DNA from: Camelus dromedarius
Lineage: Eukaryota
Reading direction: 5' to 3'
DNA length: 64,000 bases
Assembly (NCBI RefSeq): GCF_036321535.1
Contig: NC_087437.1
Coordinates: 32,118,001-32,182,000 of the forward strand
Positions 37,681 through 51,791 of this stretch are shown piece by piece. The translations under genes were made by a program, and so were the position numbers. The notes under the pieces are model-generated. The model did not search any database, was not told the DNA's origin, and worked only from the letters and a program-made list of their open reading frames with translations. Position 1 is the first letter of the stretch. Every line of letters starts with the position of its first letter.

Positions 37681-40600
37681 TATACTTGAGAAAACAATCC
37701 ATAGAATGTTACATACATTACATATTGCTTTCTGACTGTATCTTAGAAACTAAAGTTTTGGCTTAGTGAAATTCAAAGGGGGAGAAAAATTAATGAACAT
37801 AAGACTAAAAACTGAGGGAATTCTGGGTCTAAAATAATTCTTTTTTGATATACTTTGTAACTGACATCAATATCCTTACACAAAAACAGTGCTACCAGCA
37901 TTTAATTACCTAATTAGGGAGTAATACTTGGAAAATAAAAACTGTTTTCTTAAAAATGAATGGTATGTCCTTCCTACTATTAACCATTCTGACCATCAAC
38001 CCCACCCCTTAGGCTATCAAGCAAAAGTTGCACAGTGCACAACGTATCTAACTTTATATCATTATCTTAGAAATAAAAAGTGGTTGCTTTTTCTAACTGT
38101 TCATGTGAAAAGTGCTTATATCTTTCTACCGGTAGATTATCCCCTCTACTATCTCCCACAATTCTAGGTTTATGGCAGGTGTTCAATAAACATTTGTCAA
38201 GCTGATTAACTAATGAAGAAAATGCAAATCTATAGTGATAGTTGTGATCAGGAACATAATGTGGTGGGGAGAAGGAAGGGGGAGTCAGGTGTGGGAAGGG
38301 GACCACTCACTCCCATCTTCTTGCTTGGGCCACCAACTGCCAGCAATGGCCTCCAGTGCCATCCATTTTCAGGGCTAGCTGATTGGAAAGGTGAGTTGTT
38401 ACACGCTCCTTAGCAGATATGACTCCCATGACCACGTCCCAGGTACTTCTAATGAAGGATTTTGCACCCTTAGCTTCAAGGGCAGTCAAATGACTCAGAC
38501 GTCGACAAACCAGAGAATCACATTTCCAAATGATATGTTTATGGATGGGCAAGTTTTCCAATTATAATTGAGGAGTCATTAAAAGGTTCTGAGAAAGAGC
38601 TTCTCTCTCTCCTGCTGTATTCAAAGAGTTAAGAATGGAAGATTGAGAGTAGCTGCCGCTATTTTGTGAGCTCAGGAGGAAAGAATCTGTATGAGATTCA
38701 AGGCAGCATGGATCTATCAACATGAAGACAAGAGAAACCCGGTGACATTATTCCAGCCCCATGCATTAGGCTGTGCCTAAAGCCAATTCTATTCCTAAAT
38801 TTTTCCAAATGAGCCATTTGAGTCTCTTGTGCTTAAGCTTTTTCTCCCCCAGTCTCTAGAACAAAAATAGACCTGATAAATCCTTAATCCATTTCTGTAG
38901 TTCGACCCATTTTTCAGATTCAAGAGTCAGACTCCTAAGCTGAGAAAATAGGTATTCAACAACCCAAGCTGATGTCCCACCATGAAGTCAACCATCATGA
39001 AAGCTCTGACCCTATTCTTTGGTGACAAATCATGTGTTTATATAGCAGTTCCACTCACTATGTTTCTGTCCTATCCTTAGAGTTCCTAGCACCATCTAAG
39101 ACTCAGGACCATGGCTTGCAGTCAGATTTCTCTCATACCAGACAGCCTTTTCTAGTATCTTCCCTCCTGGTGAATTTAACCGGGTCTGATTAGACAGGGC
39201 CATTACTGATGTGATGAGCTATGAGGCATCCCTGAGATGCTGGCTGCTTCCCTGCCCTTCAGCTTTAGAAGTCTGGGCATGTACTTGGTCAGGCCTTACA
39301 GGATTGCTTGGATCTACTGAGGATAACTCACACCAAGGGATTTCCAAAAGGCTGGTGCATGATCAGGTATGCCAATTTACTCTTCCACAGTGAGAGTCTT
39401 TTCATGTCAGGATTTTTCACATTATCAGGATATCAGGAGGCAGATTACTAACCAGAATGTTCACTCATGGGCACAAGATCAGATTAGAGCAAAGGAATTT
39501 CCTGAGGGATATTTCATCTAGGCCATGGCAAAACCTAACTGAAATAATAGTCCTGCCCTACAGCCAAAGCCACACCGGTGGTACCTCTGGTGACTGGAAC
39601 TTTTCTGTCCATCAGATTCAGTCTCCACCCCTGCCTCCTCCAAGACACTGCAGGGTAAATGTGCCAAAATAATGACCCCCACATTGAGCATCCTCTTTTT
39701 GTTGCCATACTCTTCAGATATGTGGTGTTTAGGAAGGCCAATTGATTTGTCCATTTTCTCCATTGTAATCATAGTGTATGCTGCTCCCTTGAGGTTACAT
39801 TTTAGTTATCTCAATTAGAACATTGTTTCCCAAATCCCTCAGTCTAGCATATAAATTTCTTGGGTTGCCCCAATCTCATGTAGATTTTTTTTTTGTTAGT
39901 TTACTTTTTACATGACATATCTTTGTTCCTGTCATGGCTGGTCAAAGCCTTAGTTTTGAGACTGGAACACAATCACACAATTCTTCTCAGAGCTTTCCAA
40001 CAAAGAATATCACGTTCAACTTTACTTTATCTTCTCTGAGTCTTTAGTCAAGAACAACTTACAGCTGGAGAAGTACATGTCTTCCATTAGAGAAATATAT
40101 CTCCAAGCACATTTACCTATAACTTGCTGAGAAGCCACGATGGCGGCATCTGGAAGTTCAACTGCCCCACTAATTGTTCCCCACTAATTGTGAACACAGA
40201 CAGGCATAGTAAAAGATCAATGAAAATCAGTATTCACAGCAGCTAATGTTTTAAACCCTGGGAATAAGCTAACACTTGCAAGCAACAATGAAACAACAGG
40301 CCATCTTACCCAGTTTTGTCATATTTTTTTTTTTTAAATTCTAGATGCCCTAGAGAAAAATAAGGGCAGCTATTAAAGTCTTTGATGTGTGGTTCCAAGT
40401 GAAAGTTATAAAAAATTTTTAAAACGTATAATGTCATTGTTAAAAAAAAAACACAAAACTTTCACACTCAATTTTTCTGTTTTCCTCCCACATATGTCAT
40501 CTGGAAATCTCTCAAATGACAATAGAAGTGAAACATTAAGCAAAGAGCAAAAATTCACATAAACAGCAAGGAATTGCCACCAAAGACGCTCAATCTCTAA

Positions 40601-43600
40601 GCGTCTAGACGGTCCCTAGTGCTTCAAGAGGCCATGGGCACTGCTGACAGCAACAGGATATGAGGCGCTGAAAGGCCAAGATGAGGCTAGACAGACCTGC
40701 ATCCCACGGATCTGACAGGTACCACACAAACTCCCTTCTAACAGCTGAGCTTTGCTCTCAGGTGAAGCAAAAAGAGTTGCTAGTGCAGTAGAACTCTGGT
40801 CCCTGAAATTACTTTATCTCTAGGATTATTTGGATCAGAGGAATGCTAACGGTACACATGCAGAGAAAGCCCTATGACTGCTTGCACAAATAAGCCACTT
40901 TAACAGCAACTGTCAATGCCAGAGCTTATGATAGATCTTGCCCCTCTGTGCAGACGTGAGCATGATGGGGTGTGTATCATCTTACACACCATTTAGTGCT
41001 CAGTACTCAGGGAACAAATTCAGTGAAGTACAGGGTAGAAATAAAGACTTGCTCATGGGGACAGTTACATTCAGCAATAGGAGCAAAACAAGAGGGCTTT
41101 GTTCTACAGATGCCAAGAATTATATTTCTTAACTAGATTAGCACCATTTGAGCTCTTGGTGGAGATTTTCCTTTGGAAAATGCACTTTGGGAAGGTTTCC
41201 CAGTGTTTCAAAATTGAAAAGAAAAGAGCTAAGTAAAAGAGATATATATCTGAGGTGATAGCAATTAAAAAGCTCTTTGGTTCTCAGGACTTGAATTCAA
41301 CTAAGAGCCATTAAAGAGTAATCTCAAGAAATATTAAACACCATATATTAAAATGGTTATTTTTGGTTTTTCATCCCCCATCATGGATCAGATAATCAAA
41401 TTTTGGATTTACATATAAAATGCTTGGTTCTTAGCAGCCTGGTTATATAGAAAATCTAAATGGTACATTCACCTAAGTTTTCCCAGCATATTTTCTAACA
41501 GGCAATAAGGCAGTGGGATTCAGGAACCTGGGGTGGGGGGGCAGAGAGGTGTGTCAGCCTCTTCCCATTTCATGCCACTGTCTTGTGGGGCATTAAGTGA
41601 GGAATTAGTACTAGAGCCCACTCTGGGGAGAAGCACAGCTTGCAGAAACCAGAAGACTATCAGGTCCCCCGAACTATTCGTGTTCATTTGTCTGTTCATT
41701 AATTCATTCAATGCATTTTATTTTGAGCACCTACTATGGGCCACTCACTGTTCTAGGTGCTGGGACCACATTAGTGAATAAAACAAAGCTTCTGTTTTGG
41801 GGAAGGGGAGGCAGGCAATGAATGGCTAAAATAAGTGATTAACGAGTAGCTTGTTACGAAGTGTTAGTGTTATTTTAGAGTTTCCTGCAGATGATGATCA
41901 TGATGATAATATCAACCAGAGTTAATACTCATGCAGCACTTCCTGTGTTCTAAATATGTTATGTCTATTATCTAGTGTCTATTCATCTAATCATCACAAC
42001 AAATTCATGAAGCAGCTACTCTTATCATCTGCCTCTTATACATGAGGAAATGTAAGGCACAGAGAGATGAAATGCCCAAGATCACACTGCCAGTAAACAG
42101 TAGAGCTGGGATTGCCTACAGAATAAAATTCCAGATCAACATAACCAGTCGTGCCTCTAGGAGTTGCAAAGGAAATGCTCTCAAAACTGTCCAAGCCACT
42201 TGCATGCAACGCCAGCCAGGGATAGTTTTTGAATCTTCATACGGCATTAACTGGGAAAGAGGAAATAAGAAAATTGAAGTGTAGAATCAAGGTGAATGGA
42301 CAGTGGGGCCCTTGTATAAAAAAGGGAAAACAGATACTTTCTGATTTTCCAACAGTGGCTTTGGGGACTATTTCAATTCCTCCCTCCTTTCCCCCTTTGG
42401 CTATCTCCCTCCACAAAGGATCGTCAACAGCGTGAGCAGACATGAAGGAAGAGACAAAAGGCAGAGCTTATTTGGCAATGGCCCTGCTAAGTGATTTGGT
42501 TGGGGAAGAGGCTGTAACTAGTAGAGTGAGGATAAAACCTGGCATTGGCTCTCAACGTCATGATGGTTGGCCTGTCAGTTCTCCAGAATTTCATTCTAGC
42601 ACATCAGCTATGTCAGCAAGTAAAACCTCCTTGAGGTACATTTTTATTTTCTTCAACCCTCTCCACGTTTGGGTTTGTCCTAGAATATAATGTGATTTGT
42701 TGGGGTATCTTCTTTTTCAGGATTTTTCCAGAAACAAAGAAACAGGCCAACTCCATAGAGAAACCTGATCAGAGAAAGCTGTGGTTTGAAATAGGTATTT
42801 CCAGATAGTGGCTAGACCATAAATGGAGATTGCCTTTATAATAAAAGTTGTTCTTCATGAGCAGCAAGTATTGTTATGCCCGTTTTACAGACGGCAGAAC
42901 AGAGGCTTGGAGAGATGAAATAATTTGCCAATCTCCCACTGATACGAGGCCAAGAGCATCTGACTCTAAGGCCTTCAAGCTCTAAAGCCTTTTGCTCTTC
43001 TACCTCTCAGCATCTCCTAAAGGAGTCAGAATTTCAGTGTGGGAGGTGAGCTGAGAAATCACCTGGCTCATCCTTTGTTATATAGATGGCAGTCTGAGAG
43101 ACTTGTCTCAGGACACAGCGTAGGTTGGTAGAAGAGTATCATCCAAGGCAAAAGACAGTAGAACTCACAAGTGCACGCCACACACACGTACAGATTTTGT
43201 CTTGAGGAAGGTATAGAAGGTAAATTCTTGAATTTTAAAAGTATTTTAAGTAAATGTTGCAAGTTCATACATTTAGGTCCCAATAAAAAAAAGAATTCAA
43301 TATAATTACTAATTAAAAGTAGAAGAGAAATGGTCACTTGAAGTAGGTTTGAGTGTAGGTTTAAAAAGGAAATTAAGGGAGAAAGAAAGACGTTTTGTGT
43401 GTATCTGTGAACATATTTAGCTTGAAATGATAGAGAAGTGGCCAGAAAAGAAAGTGGCCAAGAGTGTGGGCAGAAGAACTGGTGGGCCCTTGCCTGATTA
43501 GAGAGTGATGCTGGGGTCACTTATCTTGGGAGGCGGGGTGGGTGGAGAGAAAATCTTTGCATTTGTGTAGCTAAAAATGCTAAATGGTTGACTTTACAGT

Positions 43601-44424
43601 TGATCTACTGTTTTATTTTACTGAAAAAAACAACAGAATAAATCATCTGGGTTTCTACATGGTTCCCACAAGAGCCTACTTTGCAAACAGGACAAAATCT
43701 TTTCAATATTTACTGCAGGTCAAAAAGGTCCCCTTAAATTTGATGAAAGCTAATTGCCAAAGCTGCGACCACAGCCTTGTCTTTGGTTCATGGGTAGTGA
43801 CCTTCTGGGATGACATCCCGAAAGGTAGCTTGGACAAACTGCTGTACTTTGCTCTGAAAAAAGGCAAGTTCACATTTACGGCTTTCTGACTTCTACTCTG
43901 ATGCCTTCTGCCATCTCAGAGGGCACATGATAGACACCCTGTGTCCACTCTGGCCCTACAGGCTGGAATCACCCACTTCTGTGATTCACGTGTCCCTCTC
44001 AACCAAGACACCTAACCCTTAACTGTTTTCTCTGTCTCCCCGAAATATCAGTGTTTGCCTTAGGGCCCTGTTCTCAATAATCTTAAAAAATTCATTCACA
44101 CTGAATCGTTGATCAGCAGTGAGTTTCACATTTTTATTTGCTCCCAACCAACCTCTTTTAAAGTAGGACACATAATGTCTTACCCAGGATGAAACATTCC
44201 TTTATGCTAGAATTTAGGGCATTAGGGAAAGGCAGCCTGTTCAAAGTTCTCTGACCTTGGTCTCATTTCATTATATCTGGACTTCTGTACAATCTGTTTT
44301 GTCTGCTTAGAATGTTTTCTCACTCCACCTTTCCTACCTGGTAAAATTTCTGATAATTGCTTCAAACCCTTTCAAGTTTGATCTCCATCCAGAAATCCAT
44401 GCTGACTCTCTAGAACTATGCTAA

Positions 44425-44735
44425 CACAGGAGCCTCTACCCACGTGAAGCTACTGAGCTCCTGAAATGTGACTACTGCAAAGTAAGATGTGCTAACACAC
44501 ACAGCGGATTTATAAGACTTAGTATACAAAACGAGTAAAACATCCCATTAATTTTTATGCTGATTACATGTTGAAATAATATTATTTTGAATAACTGGAT
44601 TAAGGAAAACATAAATCAAATGAATTTCATCTGTTTCTTTTCACTTCTTTTTAATGTGGCTACTAGAAAATTTTAAATTCCATGTGTGCCTCGTGTTTCC
44701 AGCTTGCATTTTATCTCTATTGGATAGTGTGGCTG
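44425..44735. mobile_element. hAT-Charlie element (MER33-like)
   Basis: tgattacatgttgaaata...ttttaatgtggctactagaaaattttaaatt...attggatagtg. Confidence 0.7.
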
Positions 44736-44885
44736 GAGTCTAGACCAGTGGTTTTGAAATCACAGGGGAAGCTAGAGAATGAGGCTGGTTTGTGAATTTC
44801 TGTCTGAATGTCTGAGGAGCAGCACTTTGGAGTGAAATAATCTATGTTTCTGACATATGTCAGCAACAAAGTCAAGAATAATCAA

Positions 44886-45103
44886 CAAACTAGGTGGTTA
44901 CCAGTGGGGAAAGGGCAGGAGGGGCAACACAGGGGTGGAGTAGGAGATACAAACTATTGTGTGAAAGAGAGGTTACAAGGATGTATTGTACAACCCAGGG
45001 AATATAGCCAATATTTTGTAGTGACTATAAATAGAGTGTAACCTTTAAAAATTGTATAAAAATAAATAAAATTTTAAAAATTAATAAATATTCAAGATAA
45101 AAA
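44886..45103 (+). mobile_element. 5'-truncated L1 3' UTR fragment
   Basis: ggtggttaccagtgggga...acaacccagggaatatagccaatattttgta plus A-rich tail; flanked by AATAATCAA repeats at 44877 and 45104. Confidence 0.75.
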
Positions 45104-45916
45104 AATAATCAATGAAGAACAGGTATATTAGATCTTTGCTGTTATTTCCAGCAGCATTAATCTTCCATTAATTTTGCTGAAATCCCCATTTCTTCCCCTC
45201 CCATCCCTGTCTGGGGACAAAGGAAAAACAGTGTGACAGTGTGTGTAGAGTCTTTTGCTCAGTTGACCAGTCCCTGAACTGAGCAGACAAAATGCAATAT
45301 GCTCCAGTTAAGCATATGCAACTGTGAGAAAACAAACAGAACAAAGGAAGCTAACACTCACTGCTACACACAGTGCTAAATACTTTAACATAACTGGAAA
45401 TTCCTGACCTGTGCTCAGTAGAACAGTAGTTCTGAGGGATGTTCATAAATGTTGTGTTGGGGATGAGACGGAAAAGGAAGTTACACAGTCAAACTACACT
45501 GCAAAATGCTGTTCTAAACAAAGTTAACCAGCTTTCTATATTGCAGGACTTTTCAGAGCCTTTAATATGCTATGAAACATTGTGACAGCTCAGAAGGGAA
45601 AAAGTCAATTCAGTATTGGTCAACTTATTTGACCACAGAATTCTTTGTAGGGAAACACCTGTCAACATTACTGGTTGATAAAAGTTGTCATAGATAATGT
45701 CATTTCATCTGCATTTTATAGGGAGGAAACTGTGGCTTAGAAGTTATGTGACTTGCCCAACATTTCAATTTTACATAATTAGTTTGTGGCTGAACCAAAG
45801 TTCCAAATTGATATTTACACTGGAGAGAAGAATTTAAACATGATGATAACAGGCAAATATTACTATCATGGAAAATTCACAATACATATAGCAATGCACT
45901 TAAAAATGACTTAGTT

Positions 45917-46024
45917 CAGTCATCTACATTGTGATGTACACAAGAAATAGACACATTGTAAACTGACTATACTTCAATTAAACAAACAAACAAAAACAGC
46001 ACCATCAAACAAGTGGATTTAAAA
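45917..46024 (+). mobile_element. Ultra-short L1 3' end with extended tail
   Basis: Terminus acattgtaaactgactatacttcaatt. 15-bp TSD AAAAATGACTTAGTT at 45902-45916 and 46025-46039. Confidence 0.8.
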
Positions 46025-46457
46025 AAAAATGACTTAGTTTTCTCTACATATTCCAAGCTCACCATCCCTCAATTCAGACTCCACCCTCTCTTTGGTCTCC
46101 TTGGATGAAAGAGGACTCCTTTTCTGAACTTTTCAATATTCCTCATTGGGATCTTGACACACAGTGCTTTACTGTTAGCTTTTTATATGTACACATCTTC
46201 TCTCTCCAAACAGATCAGAGTTTGCTGTGGTGTCACTTTGAATTCGCCACAGTGCATCTTGCATAAAAGCAGGGGCTCGGTAGAACTTTCTTGGTTTATT
46301 AGTTATCAACCTGCCTGGCTTAGCTATTGATGGTTTGTGGTGTCTTTTTACAGTATCTGAACACTACAGAAACACTGGTTCTTGGTTCAGAAATACCATG
46401 TGTTCACCTAAGCTGCCAAGCCAGTATCAAATAGTGCGATGCTGAACACTGACATAC

Positions 46458-46673
46458 CTGTAAAATGCAACTCATGATATCAGATGCGATTTTTGCATGA
46501 GGAGTGTCTTCGTCTCTCCCAGAGGGTTTCAGGTTGTGTTCCAAGCAGGAATCCCAGAGCCCCACAAGGGCCTTTGCATGCTTTTCAATTGACTCTGTCT
46601 CTCTGATGGCTGTTGTAATTCGAGTGATACAGATTTCAACCACTGCCTGGTCATTGTTATTGGTTTGGTAATC
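46458..46673 (-). CDS. VEPH1: VEPH1 internal coding exon (216 nt, phase 0-0)
   Basis: Minus-strand acceptor caaacag|GAT and donor CAG|gtatgt. Encodes [72 protein letters not shown], the VEPH1/Melted N-terminal region. Confidence 0.95.
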
Positions 46674-47429
46674 CTGTTTGAAAGAAAACCTTCATGTTAA
46701 ATAATATTCTGGAAAGTTATCATTCCAAGGACCTACAAAAGACAAAGTTGGTCATTTAGCAAATGGGTGTGCCACAGTGTGTGCTGAGGAATGAGGCTGT
46801 AAAGCCCTTTGCAATACCTTCTTCCTTGGAGATGAGAATCCTGTGGACAAGGCAGATATGCAAATGTGCTAAAATCAAGCAGGTTTGTACTATCACAGAT
46901 ACACAGGGAGCAGTGTGAGTCTGAAGGAGTTTAATTATTCACATGCAAGTGGGTTCAAATTTCAGGCTATTTCAGTTTCTAAGTTCATTAGAAGTCAAGG
47001 TTGACTTTTTGCTGATATTTCAGCAAAATTTGTGAAATGTTTCAAGTTATCCTCCAATTAATTTCCCCCTACAAGCTTTCTCTCTTTCTGTACACAATAG
47101 AACACATCGTTTCATCTCTCCCTTTTCAATTCAAATAACTTCCAAATCCATTTTAGCTTTCCCCAAATTTCCCTCCATTCCTCTATTTTAATTCTCTCTC
47201 AAATACCTACTCATTTTTATTGAGAAATAATATGACCCTTCAAAACATCTAAATGTGAAAAATAGGCCCATCACTTCAATTTGGAAAGCTGGCCTAATGT
47301 GAACTCTGCATGGTGGACTGATATTATTGAATACATAACAGAAGAGGGTAAGTGTGTAGACTCTTACACCATCGTGCACCCTTAGAGACAGGAAGTGATG
47401 GAGTTTTCTGTCCAATTGCAAGCTCCAGC

Positions 47430-49300
47430 TCGACCTTCTTTCTACTATTACAACTAATGTTGCAGTAAACATCATGTGCATGAAGCCCTCTCCACACTGT
47501 AGATTATGTGTAGCCTAGATTCTCCAAAAGTGGAAATTTCTAACACAAAGGACAGGAACATTTTAAGGCTCATGATACATACTGCCAAACTATTTTCCAG
47601 AAAGGTCTTTCTGACTTACACTCCCATCAGCTCGGTAAAAGCATGCTCTGCCCATTGTACCTCTGTGAGATCAGAGTATTTTTAATTTTTGCTAATTTGA
47701 TCAGTGAAAAACAGTATCTCATGGCTGTTTTACTTGGAATTTCTTGACCAGAAGTAAGGTCGAATATTTTCACATGTTTATTTGCCATTTGTATTTCCTC
47801 CTTTGGGAATTTCCCATTGTATCTTCTATTTTTCCTTAAACGACTTCACTACATTTTTTTTTTGTCTTTGGTGAAATAATCTCTCTTTCTATTAATTAAG
47901 TCAACTTTTGGCATATTGATTGTGAATGTGTCGCCATGTTCATTATTTTTAGTTTTTTTTGCTGTAATTTATTAACATGCTAAGGTTTTAGACAAATTTG
48001 TCAATCTTGGAGATCTTACTGTTTTACCTTTTTTTATTTGGAAATTTAAGGTTATTAAATTATTTTTTTTTTTGAAATGATAATACATGGACATGGTACA
48101 AAAATACAAAAGATAAAAAGAAAAGGTTTACAGTGAACTTAGTCTCCCTCTCACCTCAGTTCCCTCCCCTCCCTTCCCCAGGGAAACTATGCTCACCAGT
48201 TTGTCATGTATTTGACAGATGGACTCTAAGCTCATACAAGTACCCATCTACACACACTCCTTTCTTTCTTTCTTTGTGAGTCCCTTAATAGCTTTTTTCA
48301 CCTTCACATTTTCTTTATTCAAAGGTTGAATAAACGATTACCTGTATTTTTTTCTAAATCAAACAAAACTTGACAAACATTCAACATTTAGTATTTTAGA
48401 AATTAATCTTTTAACCATTCACTTAGGGCTTGAGTCTATCTGGTATTTATGGAAGTAAGTAAAGAAATACATTTTCTACTAAATAGATAATCCAATTTTC
48501 CCACCGTTACGTACTGAATGATTCATTTCCTAGTAATTGTTTTATATATATATATATATATACATACATATATATATGTCAGGTTGTATTTCAGGGATGT
48601 ATTTTGTTTGCTTGTTCAATTTTTTCAATTCTACAATACTAATTTTGCCATTTTCTTCATACAAGCGCCACAAATTTTTAAATGTGTTTCCTAGTATATT
48701 TTATGTCTTTGTTGTTGCTGTAAACAAAATCTTTGTGTTTTCCTCATTAGAATTTTTATTGCTGATTAAGTCAATCTACAGCCTTTTGAGGGTATTTATT
48801 TTGTACCAAGTTGTTTACCTCGTCTCCTTAATTATAATATTTTTTCAGATGATTTTCTTGGGTTTTCTAGAAAGATTTCTGTATAGTATCTATACTCTTT
48901 ATATATCTCATGGCTTATTGTGTCAGCTAGAACTTCCTAAGCTATTTCATGTAAGGAGGGTAAATGCAAGAATGCTGGTTTAGTTTCTGGTTTTAGTTCC
49001 TGATTTTTCATATAAATTTTTTTGGTCAAAACCAAGAAAATACTGTAAATGTTTTAAATCATACAGGATGTATCACTATCTTCCTATTTTGAAAGTTTGA
49101 ATATTTGTTTTAATTTTTTAAGATGTTCTCTCAGCATCTATAGAGGTAACCAAACATTTTTTTCTTAGCTGGCTATGGATGTGAAGCATTATGTCAACAT
49201 ATAGTATGAAATTTCCAAATATCAACCCATCACCACATTCCTAGAATGAACACCACCTGGTTTGGTGGACTATTTCAGTGTATTTTCTTTTACCTTCCTC
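47430..49300 (-). mobile_element. Degenerate L1ME-type fragments
   Basis: Antisense L1 3' phrases (tactgccaaactattttccagaaagg...ctcccatcag; catgtttatttgccatttgtatttcc). Confidence 0.65.
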
Positions 49301-49846
49301 CTTTGTTGCTTAGTGTATTATTTCTTTTAATGCAGCAGAATTATTACTTGTGCCAAGCCCTATACAGTAAATAGGTTCTCATGGAGCCAAGTCATAGAGA
49401 AAAAATGGAATATTAAACAACAAAAAATAATGCTAAATTTTTCAAAAATCTCTGCAGCAACCAAAAAACCAAAACCATCCTTAGGGGAGAAAAATAACAG
49501 AGAACACCCCGGGGCTAAAACCACTATCATTGACCACAGCTATTCTTGTAAAAAACTTATTTTAATGACATCATCTTCAAATATGAAGCAACATCATACT
49601 GGTTACTTTTATGTAATAAAGGAAATATATACATAGAGTCAGATGGAGAAGAGAACTAATGCCACTGACAGAAGGAAGACTATATTCCAACTGTAGTTGC
49701 TAAGATGGTTAGTGTGATTGATCCACAACATTTTCCTCTAAGCTCTCTGGAATCCAGGAAGAGGAGGAAATGGTATACAACGTTACTTCCAGAACATGTA
49801 CTAGTACCTGGTACATAGTTGATGTTCAGTAAAGGTTCATTGGTTT

Positions 49847-50290
49847 GTTTTTTTATATTTATTTCTTTCTTTCTTTCTTTATTTATTTATTCATTCATTC
49901 ATTCATTCATTCATTTTATTTATTTATTGAAGTATAGCTGATATATAATATTGTGTTAGTTTCAGGTGTACAGCATAGTGATTCAGTATTTTTCAGATTA
50001 TATTCTATTAAATTATGGGTTATTTTAAGATAAGGAGTATAATTTCCTGTGCAATACAATAAATCCATGTTGCTTACCTATTTTTATATATAGTAGTTTG
50101 TATCTGTTAATCCCATACCCCTGATTTGTCCCTCTCCACTTCTCTCTCCCCCTTGGCAACCAGAAGTTTGTCTGTGAATCTATTTCTGTTTTGTATACAC
50201 ATTCATTTGTATTATTTTTTAGATCCCATATGTAAATGATGTCATAAAGTATTTGTCCCTCTCTGACTTATTTAACTAAGCATAATACTC
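49847..50290 (-). mobile_element. 5'-truncated L1 3' end with TTTC/TTTA/TTCA tail
   Basis: ttgaagtatagctga...gtttcaggtgtacagcatagtgattcag. TSD TCATTGGTTT at 49837-49846 and 50291-50300. Confidence 0.8.
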
Positions 50291-51297
50291 TCATTGGTTT
50301 TAATTGAATAGGAAAGAAGATTTTCTTGGCACTAATTTTTAAAACTTAATTATTTGAAAAAATACATTTATGAATCTTTACTTATGACTTAATTTAAAAA
50401 AATAGAAATAAGAAAAATGTCTCCCTTTCCCCTTGCTCACTACTCTCCCACAAAGAACCAAGTTATTACTGTCTTATGTATCCTTCTAAAGATCTGTTAT
50501 AGACATTGAGGCAAATTTCTGTATGTACATACAGAAATAGATGATACACATACCTACATACACATACATAACACACCCACTCCTTATTTTACACACAAAT
50601 GGAAGCATAATGTACATACAAATCCGTATCTTGCTTTTTTACTTCATACTGAATCTTGGAAATCTTTTCAAACTAACATATTAAGAGTTTCCCCATTTAC
50701 TTTTATGGCAGAATGGTATTCCAATGTAAGGATGTACCATCGTATATTTAATTTGCCCCCCACTGATTAACATTTAGGCAGTTTCTGGTCTTTGGAATCA
50801 CAAAAAACGTTGCACTGACTAACCTCCTATGCAAGTCACTTCACGCTTACAGGGGCCTGTGCATAGGACAAATTCCTATAAGTCAAAGTAGGCTGGTATC
50901 TCTTCATTATTTTTGTTTCAGTTTTTTTTTCCTGGTTGTTATCACCATTATTGTTGTTGTTATTATTACTACTACTACTACTATTACACAGGAGCTATAG
51001 AATCAGCTTGTCTGGTTCCAAAAAAAGTTTCTGATGGTTTTTGTATTAAAAGATTTTGATTAACTTAGGAATAACTGACATATTTATGATGCCGAGTTTC
51101 GTATGTAAGAACATAGCATGCCTTTCTGATGGTAAATGGACAATGGAGCAGTCACAACCTGAGAAAGGTATGGAGTCCAGGGACTCAGATCCCTCAAGAA
51201 AAAAGCATCTGTTCAGCTAGCTAAGAAGCAACTTAAACCAGCAGAGGTGCTACCTGAAGGTAAGAAGAATCTAGAATGGGTGGTAGAGGAGGGAGAT

Positions 51298-51791
51298 TAC
51301 ATTAACTTTCTTGTTGCTGCTTTAATGAGTCATCACATACTTAGAGGCTCAAGAATTTGTGTTGATAAATTAATTTTCTTACAGTTCTGGAGGTCAGAAG
51401 TTGAAAATCAGTCACACTGGGCTAAAGCAGGGACGGCTTTCTGGAGGCTCTGAGGGGAGATTCCAATTCCTTTTCTTTTCTAGCTTCTACAGGTTATCTG
51501 CATTCCTTGACTCATGACCTCCATGAGCCTCCATCTTCAAAGTGCATCATTCCAACCTCTGCTTCCATCATTTCACCTCCTTCTTTTGTCTCTGACTTTC
51601 CTGCCTCCCTATTGCAAGGATCCTTGTGATTATATTGAGCCCACCCAGATAATACAGAACACTCTCCTCATGTCAAGATCCTTAACTATATTACATATGA
51701 AAAATGCCTTTTTTTAATGTAAGATAAAATTCACAGGTTCTGGGCTTTAAGATGTGGACATATTTTGGGAGCCATCACTCAGCCTATCACA
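51298..51791 (-). mobile_element. MaLR solo LTR (MLT1C-like), within older LTR-type sequence
   Basis: ttacagttctggaggtcagaag...aaggatccttgtgattatattg...cacaggttctggg...gatgtggacat. Confidence 0.78.

Noticed and set aside
39211..39321. Possible C/D-box snoRNA (GTGATGA ... CTGA)
   Set aside because: It is antisense to the VEPH1 host intron and outside PTX3, with no convincing terminal stem or recognisable guide.
40133..40191. Kozak-like GCCACGATGGCG / YY1-like motif and a 14-bp tandem duplication
   Set aside because: The ORF is only 15 codons with no promoter context; compatible with chance and slippage.
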